From assembly GCA_951406725.2 (NCBI GenBank), contig OX597828.1:35278001-35342000 (forward strand): a stretch of DNA of 64,000 nucleotides, read 5' to 3'. Source of the stretch: Octopus vulgaris. Taxonomy: Eukaryota. The translations under genes were made by a program, and so were the position numbers. Positions 56,255 to 64,000 of this stretch are shown here, piece by piece. How positions within the stretch are numbered: the stretch's first letter is position 1; every line of letters starts with the position of its first letter. Under the pieces are notes generated by a model. That model had not been told where the DNA came from and searched no databases. It worked only from the letters and a program-made list of their open reading frames with translations.

Positions 56255-56304
<50 letters not shown>

Positions 56305-56622
56305 GAGCGTGGCCGTTTGCCAGCCTCGTCTGGCACCTGTGTCGGTGGCACATAAAATCACCCACTACACTCTCGGAGTGGTTGGCGTTAGGAAGGGCAT
56401 CCAGCTGTAGAAACACTGCCAGATCTGACTGGACTGGTGCAGCTTTCGGGCTCCCCAGACCCCAGTTGAACCGTCCAACCCATGCTAGCATGGAAAGCGG
56501 ACGTTAAATGATGATGATGATGATATATATATATATATAATTTCAATTTCAGTCTTATAAAACAATATCATTATTTCATTACATTATATTCCAATAATTT
56601 TCTCTTTCTCTGTCTTTTGCAG

Positions 56623-56904
56623 ATGACCATCGATGTCCAATCATCGAACCTCGACCTGATTTTAAGATACCAACATGTTCAGCAGGCCTGAGCAGTACGT
56701 CTATAGGATGCTGGAGAAAAGGTTGGGTTGTTGTCATGTCAATCACATCTGGAGTCCGACGGACGTTTGTTAAGGGTTGTTTGAAATACCTTAAAAAAAT
56801 GTGTCACAAAGCTAATCCTTGCATTTTGCAATTACGCTCTCCTGCTTGTAATCGTCTGGCTCCACACATATCAGAATATTCCATAGAATATGCTTGTGTT
56901 GATG
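56623..56904 (+). CDS. Internal coding exon (282 bp, phase 1-1) encoding a Cys-rich extracellular domain resembling a divergent SUEL/Gal_Lectin domain
   Basis: Acceptor tttctctttctctgtcttttgcAG at 56621-22 and donor G|GTAAGT at 56905. Length is a multiple of 3 with an open frame DHRCPIIEPRPDFKIPTCSAGLSSTSIGCWRKGWVVVMSITSGVRRTFVKGCLKYLKKMCHKANPCILQLRSPACNRLAPHISEYSIEYACVD. The C-terminal C-x5-C...C...Y-x-I-x-Y-x-C pattern resembles SUEL lectin domains; the domain call is inference. Confidence 0.85.
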
Positions 56905-57116
56905 GTAAGTCTGATGCATTTGTGCTGGGTTTTGTTGGATTTTTTGGGTTTTTTGTTTCATTGGATATTCCGTTGTCATTGATTTGTGTATTGTTGTTGT
57001 TTTATTGCAGAAGAGATTTTGCTTTTCCAGGAGTTTGGTTGTTTAATTCTTTGATTTGTTTTGTACTATATATACATGGGTGCATGCATAATATATTTGT
57101 CTATCTATCTATTCGT

Positions 57117-57202
<86 letters not shown>

Positions 57203-57502
57203 CTATAGTTCAAATTTACAGAAAACAAAAGATGAAGACAGGTGTATTGGCTTAACGCTGGGGAAAATGGAAAAGTATTTTATGTTTTGAGCCCTCGCTC
57301 TTTGACAGAAAGGATTAAGAGGGAAAAAATTGGAGAGAGAATGAAACAATGGAGAAAAAAACGATGTGCAGCATTCAATGGTCCAACATGGCAAGATGAC
57401 TGAAAAAAAAAGGTTTAAATAAAGGGAGATTATGATGATGATGATGATGATGAGGACAACGATAATAAAAATGATAATGATGATAATAAAGACAATAATA
57501 AC

Positions 57503-57549
<47 letters not shown>

Positions 57550-57614
57550 TAATAATGGTAACAGAGACACCTAACGAACTAAGGTGCGCAAGCATGTGTG
57601 TGTATGTGAAAATC

Positions 57615-57692
<78 letters not shown>

Positions 57693-57704
57693 TTTTATTC
57701 TTTT

Positions 57705-57916
57705 GTTCTCTTACTTGTTTCAGTCATTTAACTGCAGCTGGAGCACTGCCTTTAGTCAAACAGATCAACCCAAGGACTTATTCTTTGTAAGCTTTGTACT
57801 TATTCTATCAGTCCATTTTGCCAGACTACCAAGTTACGGGAACGTAAACACACTAACATCGGTTGTCAAGCAATGGTGGAGCAACAAACACAGACACAGG
57901 AAGAAATACATATATA

Positions 57917-57992
<76 letters not shown>

Positions 57993-58173
57993 TATGTATA
58001 TATATATGTACGATGGGCTTCTTTCAGTTTCTATCTACCAAATCTACACACAAGGCTTTGGTAAGCCTGAAGCTATAGTAGAAGAAGTTTGCCTAAGGTG
58101 CTATGCAGTGGGACTGAACCCAGAGCCATGTGGTTGGGAAGCTAGCTTCTTACCACACAGTCACACCTGCACC
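57705..58173 (-). mobile_element. SINE family A, full length
   Basis: Same head, core and tail in reverse orientation. Confidence 0.87.
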
Positions 58174-59864
58174 AATTCTATATATGACCACCATGTTGGG
58201 GAAATCCTTCCAGTGGACCTCCATCTCCCTGACCCTACCTCTCTCAAGTGACATAATAATCTCCCAGTCTTTTGGTGGCTGTGGTGAAGGTGATAATGAT
58301 GATGATGATGATGACGATGACGATGATGATGATGAGGAGGAGGATTCTGATGATGGTGGTGGTGATGATGATGATGATGATGACGATGACGATGATGATG
58401 ATGATGAGGATTCTGATGATAGTGGTGGTGGTGATGATGATGATGACGATGACGACGATGATGACGATGATGATGATGATGCTTTGTCCTAGTTGCAGCA
58501 ACATCAATACAAAATGGTGTGGATGAGTCTATGAGATTAGTCAAGCTACAAGAAATAGAAACAAAGCCACCTGCAGATCATACTACTGCCATCTTATGAA
58601 AAGAAGGACAACAAAAACATTATAAGTAATGTAAAAAAAAAAACTCAAAATGATTGTGGCTAGAACACCTTTGATCATATGTTTTCTCAAAAAGGATTGT
58701 CCTGGGGCTAAACAGTACCACCACGACAACGACAACAACGTTATTTATTTATTGCAAAATTCAGATTAAGCTGTTTTCAAAATATATTTAACGATTTCAA
58801 ATTCCCATGGTAGAAATATATTTATTTTCTATAAAACTTCACTTATATTATTTATTCATTTATTTATTTATTTATTTATTTAATTATCTCCTTTTTGCTC
58901 CATTTTTAACATCTCTCTCCGGTTTCTAAGAAATCATCAAAATATTTTATCAAGATTTCATTTTCTAGAGAAAATTTATATTTTTATTGTAGAAGATTAA
59001 AGAAAATGAGGAGGAATAAATGTGGTCTTCACCAAAATGTATTAAACTTTTGAGAATCTTATCTACTTTTGGATGTCATTCATTTCTAGATATAAAATCA
59101 CGTTTATTTGCTTTGAGAAGAATTCTTTAACCATTTAAGATCGCTTTAAGCAATAAAAAATTTACACATGATATCATCATCATCATCATCATCGTCGTCG
59201 TCGTCGTCGTCTTTGTTGTTAAAGTGGCAAGCTGACCGAATCATTTGCACGCCAGGTAAAATGCTTAGTAGTATTTCCTCTTCCATCCTTACGTTCTGAG
59301 TTCAAATTCCACCGAGGTCAACTTTGCCTTTCATCCTTCCAGGGTTGATAAAATAAGTACCAATTTCAGGCCTGCCCTGACATTACTGGCCTTGTGCCAA
59401 AATTTGAAGCCAAGGCAGTAACCTGGCAGAATTGTTAGCATGCCAGGAAAAATGCTTCGTGGCATTTCATTCGTCTTGATGTTCCGAGTTCAAATTCCAT
59501 CAAGGTTGACTTTGCCTTTCATCCTTTCAGGGTTGATAAAATTAAGTACCAGTTGAGTAGTTACACCCTCCCCCAATCTTACTGGCCTTGTACCAAAATT
59601 TCAAACCATTAATATTATTATTATTATTTTGTTTCTGTCATTTTACTGTGGCAATACTGGGGCACCTCCTTGAAGAGTTTTGGTCAAATGAATCAATCCT
59701 AGGACTTTTTATTTTTAAGCCCAGTACTTATTCTATCAGTCTCTTTTGCTGAACCACTACATTGTAGGGTTGTGAATAGGCCAACACCAGTTGTCAAGTG
59801 GTGGTGGTGGAAGTGAAACAGACAGAAAGATACACACAAACATAGATATATATGCATATATGTG

Positions 59865-59966
<102 letters not shown>

Positions 59967-60169
59967 AATAGAATAGTGTATTTTTCTATAGGCTACTTCT
60001 GACGTTATATTACATTATTTTACACCATTTATTCCTTTGGAATAATATCAGTGAAATCTTCGAAACATGTGTCGGAAGTAAAAGTATTTGAATTATACCT
60101 GTGTTAAACTCCATATATATATATGTATGTGTGTGTGTGTATGTATGTGTAATACATGCATACATGCAT

Positions 60170-60243
<74 letters not shown>

Positions 60244-60512
60244 GCCATTATGTAAAGGTGACATAAGTCCAAAATGTTGCTTTTTTCAGAAAACAAAAAA
60301 AGATAGTTTTACCATTCCATACCAAAACCATTGTACTACACTGTGACAATTTACATATTTTGGCCTCTGAAGCAGCTGGAGATACGATAGTTTGACTAAA
60401 AGAACCCGTTATTGCAAGCAAAATTAAATATTGAAAAAAAAGCATTTGGCCAAATTTCTATACACAACAGTTTAACATAATAGCAACAATATATGTGTGT
60501 GTGTGTGCGTGT

Positions 60513-60551
<39 letters not shown>

Positions 60552-61204
60552 CAATGGATTTCTTTTCATTTCTGTCCACCAAAATCACTTCTAAGCCATT
60601 TATTTCTTTATTGCCCATTGGGGCTAAACATAGAGGGAACAGACAAGGACAGACAAAGGGATTGACTCCAGTGCATAACTGGTACTTATTTAATCGACTC
60701 TGAAAGGATGAAAGGCAAAGTTGACCTCGGCGGAGTTTGAACTCAGAACATAATGGCAGATGAAATACCGCTAAGCATTTCACCCGGTGTGCTAACGATT
60801 CTGCCAGCTCGCCGCCCTTACTTCTAAGCCATTGGTCGGCCTGAGGCTATAGTAGAAGACACTTGCCCAAGATGCCACTCAATTGAACCAAACTGAAAGC
60901 CCTATGGTTAGGAAGCAAATTTTTACCACACAACAATGCTTATTCCTTATTTTTTTTCTATAGATTATTTTTTTAAAGAAATATTAATTAAAGTGTTTTG
61001 CTGTCCCGCACCGTAATTATATTGCAGAGAAATATTTTGCATTATAAAAATATAAGTTTATTAATTATTCCTTTCTTTTGATTCTTCAAGATCTCTGCTA
61101 CCGCCTTGTAGCCTGCAAGTCTGTGATATTGGACTCTAAAACAAAATCCTAAATATTTTCCAAAATATTTTCATTCTATTTCATTCCTCTCCATGGCTAT
61201 GTAA

Positions 61205-62316
61205 CCACATGTATCTGTGTGTGTTTGGGTACATGTGTGTGTTTGTGTTTGTATCTATGTGTCTATGTGTTCATATGTGTTTGGATATATGTGTGTTTGA
61301 ATTTATGTGTGTGTGTATTTTTATGTTTCTATCTATGAGTATATGTAATTGTGTGTATGTGTGTGTGTGAATTTGCATCTCTATACACATGTGTTTGTAT
61401 CTATTTGTATGTGTGTGTGTGTTTGTGTATGTGTGTCTGTGTTTGTATCTATATGTGTATGTGTGTACGTGTTTGTATCTATGTATATGCGTGTTTGTAG
61501 CTATGCAAACCTTTGTATTTATGTCTGTGTATGCGTGTGTTTGTATGTGTGTGCATTTGTATTTATGTGTGTGCATGTGTGTATGTGTGTGTATGCATCT
61601 GTAAGTGTATCTTTGTGTGTGTGTTTGTATCTGTATATGTGTGTATGTATGTCCGTATATGTCTACATGCATGCATCTCTGTGTGTTTCTATCTGTATGA
61701 ATGCATTTGCCTCTGTATATATATGTATGCGTCTGCATCTGTGTCTGCATGTGTGTGTGATTTTAAAATGTACAGATTGTATGTGTGCTTTTCTGTATAA
61801 TGCCTGGATCTACGTGTGTATGTGCATGAGTGTATGTGTGTGCATATGTGTGTGTGTGTATGTGTGTGTTTGTGTATGTGTTTGTGTGATGTGTCGCGTG
61901 TGTTTGTGCTTGTGTGTGCGTGTGTGTGTGTTCGTGTGCTTGTGTATGTGTATGTACATGCATGTGTGTGTGTGTGTGTGAGTGTGTGTGTGTCTCTGTG
62001 TCTGCGTTTGTGTGTCCATATGTTGAGTGGCAGAATATAGGACGGCAAATGTTGATTCCAACAAGACAACAGAATGGTATTAATTGTGGAGAAAGTTGGC
62101 TCCAATGTCAGCCACACAACCCAACACACACACACACACACAAGCACACACACGCACACATACACAAACATATATATATGCAAACATACACACAACACAG
62201 ATACATAATAAACTGATTAGATGCACAAAAAGACAAATTCAGTGCATACATACACACACTTACATACACAAATAGACTCATACATACACCAGCATATGTA
62301 TATACACACACACACA

Positions 62317-62364
<48 letters not shown>

Positions 62365-62382
62365 CATATGTAGAGTGATGTG

Positions 62383-62427
<45 letters not shown>

Positions 62428-62530
62428 CCACACAAAGATCCAATCACACACTGACATATGTCATACAACACATGCTCTTAAACACATATACACATGCATC
62501 CACACTGATATATATGCAAAGATACATATA

Positions 62531-62561
<31 letters not shown>

Positions 62562-62580
62562 CACACTCACTCACACACAG
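61205..62580. repeat. Degenerate (TG)n and (CA)n/(TA)n microsatellite blocks
   Basis: Direct reading. Confidence 0.95.
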
Positions 62581-62882
62581 CAAAACACATAAACTATATG
62601 CCACACAAAGCTGTTTGTTATGAAAGTTATTGCATGCGATAAGGACATTAAGTTGGAGGATATTGTCTTTCCGATTCGGTGGAAAACATTATTATGAATG
62701 CTCCAATTATATTTGCGATTTCTGTTCTTTTATTAATAAAAGAACATTTATTTACTCAGGAAAACTTTGAAACTAAAAGCACATTGTATTTATGATTGTC
62801 ATTATTACTGCTGTAGTTGTAGGTTTTTGTTGTTGTTATTATTATTATTGTTCTTACTTTTATTATTGTTGTTGTTGTTGTT

Positions 62883-62925
<43 letters not shown>

Positions 62926-63871
62926 TTACCATATCAGTGAGTTGGCAGAAATGTTACCATGCTGAACAAAAGGCATAGCGGCATTTCTTCTGGGTTTGTA
63001 TTCTGAGATCAAATGCTGCAAAGAATAAGTCCTGTGGTGGTGTGGGGGGGGGGGGAGCGGTCAATTTCTTTGACTAACACCCTTTAAGGTGATGCTCCGG
63101 CATGGCCACAGTCAAATGACTGAAACAAGTAAAAAAAAAAAGAAGAAAGAATAAAAATCTTTTTGACGTTGATGGAGTAAAAATCCAGTTTTTACACAAG
63201 CAGTATATGAAAAGAGGCCACTGCAAGTGCAAAGCATCAGCTGTCTCCTTCATCAGGCAGGGACACACAAGACTGAAAGAGGAAACATATAAGTAGATTA
63301 TTATAGAACAGCAAAATATAATATCATGGGAGAACGGTTAATAGTCTAAAATTTGGCTGGTTATTAAGCTGTTAAATAAATGTTTCTCTACCATAATAAT
63401 AATGGCTATGAATGTGAATATTGTGAAAGTCTGAACATAAATTGATAAATTAGACACAGTAAATTGTTTGATGATATGTAATTATTGCAATTATTGAGTA
63501 AATAATAATCCCCAGTTGTATCAGCTTCACCTACACAAAGCAGTGCACATTATATCATGCCATAGCCTACGCAAATATTTAGCTGGCACAATGAAACATA
63601 AATGCTCCATATATATATGTATAAAATAAATGAAAGCAGCTATACGAAATATTAGCCGAAAAAAGAAAACTTTATTTGTCACTAATTGTTACTGAGGGTG
63701 CTGGGTTGCAACAATAATGCTAGAAATAAGAATTAAAAACTCTTAGAGCTGCACAAAAGCACATTTTCATACAGTGACAAGGGAGATAACTGCCCCATAA
63801 GTGAAACTAGATCACTAGACTAGGTTCCCCTGAAAAATTACAAGCTTGTCAGTAGTGACTACTTGTATGTA

Positions 63872-63903
<32 letters not shown>

Positions 63904-63906
63904 CAT

Positions 63907-63942
<36 letters not shown>

Positions 63943-64000
63943 ATGTATATATATATGCATATATACATATGTTTGTGTGTGTGTGTGTATATATATATAC

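Noticed and set aside
56905-57290. C-terminal hydrophobic extension of track ORF 56736-57290 as a transmembrane region
   Set aside because: It lies beyond a consensus GTAAGT donor and runs into T-rich sequence and (TCTA)n; most likely intron read-through.
60248-60445. Minus-strand ORF starting MLFFQYLILLAITGSFSQ (signal-peptide-like), or a plus-strand terminal exon from 60290 (ENKKR*)
   Set aside because: The readings are short and mutually exclusive, with no supporting homology or partner exon; RNA-seq is needed.

Overview
AT-rich, repeat-saturated eukaryotic DNA. The SINE families and the extreme microsatellite load most resemble a coleoid cephalopod (Octopus-like) genome; this is my recognition, not a database result. 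Almost every ORF in the supplied track is a translation of a microsatellite or SINE. I can support one host coding exon: 56623-56904 (+), phase 1-1, Cys-rich and resembling a divergent SUEL/galactose-binding lectin domain. The window also holds a full-length dead mariner (21623-22886), RTE and CR1-type LINE fragments, a non-autonomous Helitron, several DNA-transposon MITEs and dozens of SINEs of about four families. The main hidden signal is about 15 minimal type I hammerhead ribozyme motifs (CUGAnGA...GAAA...UH) from roughly ten unrelated sequence families. Their helix III is self-complementary and covaries (CAGCUG, CGAUCG, UCGCGA, CAUAUG, CAUG, CCAnUGG, CUCnnGAG). Most lie in short elements next to (TA)n tracts, and several are arranged as inverted (fold-back) pairs like Penelope pseudo-LTRs. 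One family joins a tRNA-like Pol III head to the hammerhead, i.e. a ribozyme-carrying SINE or retrozyme. All folds were read by eye and none has been tested for cleavage.
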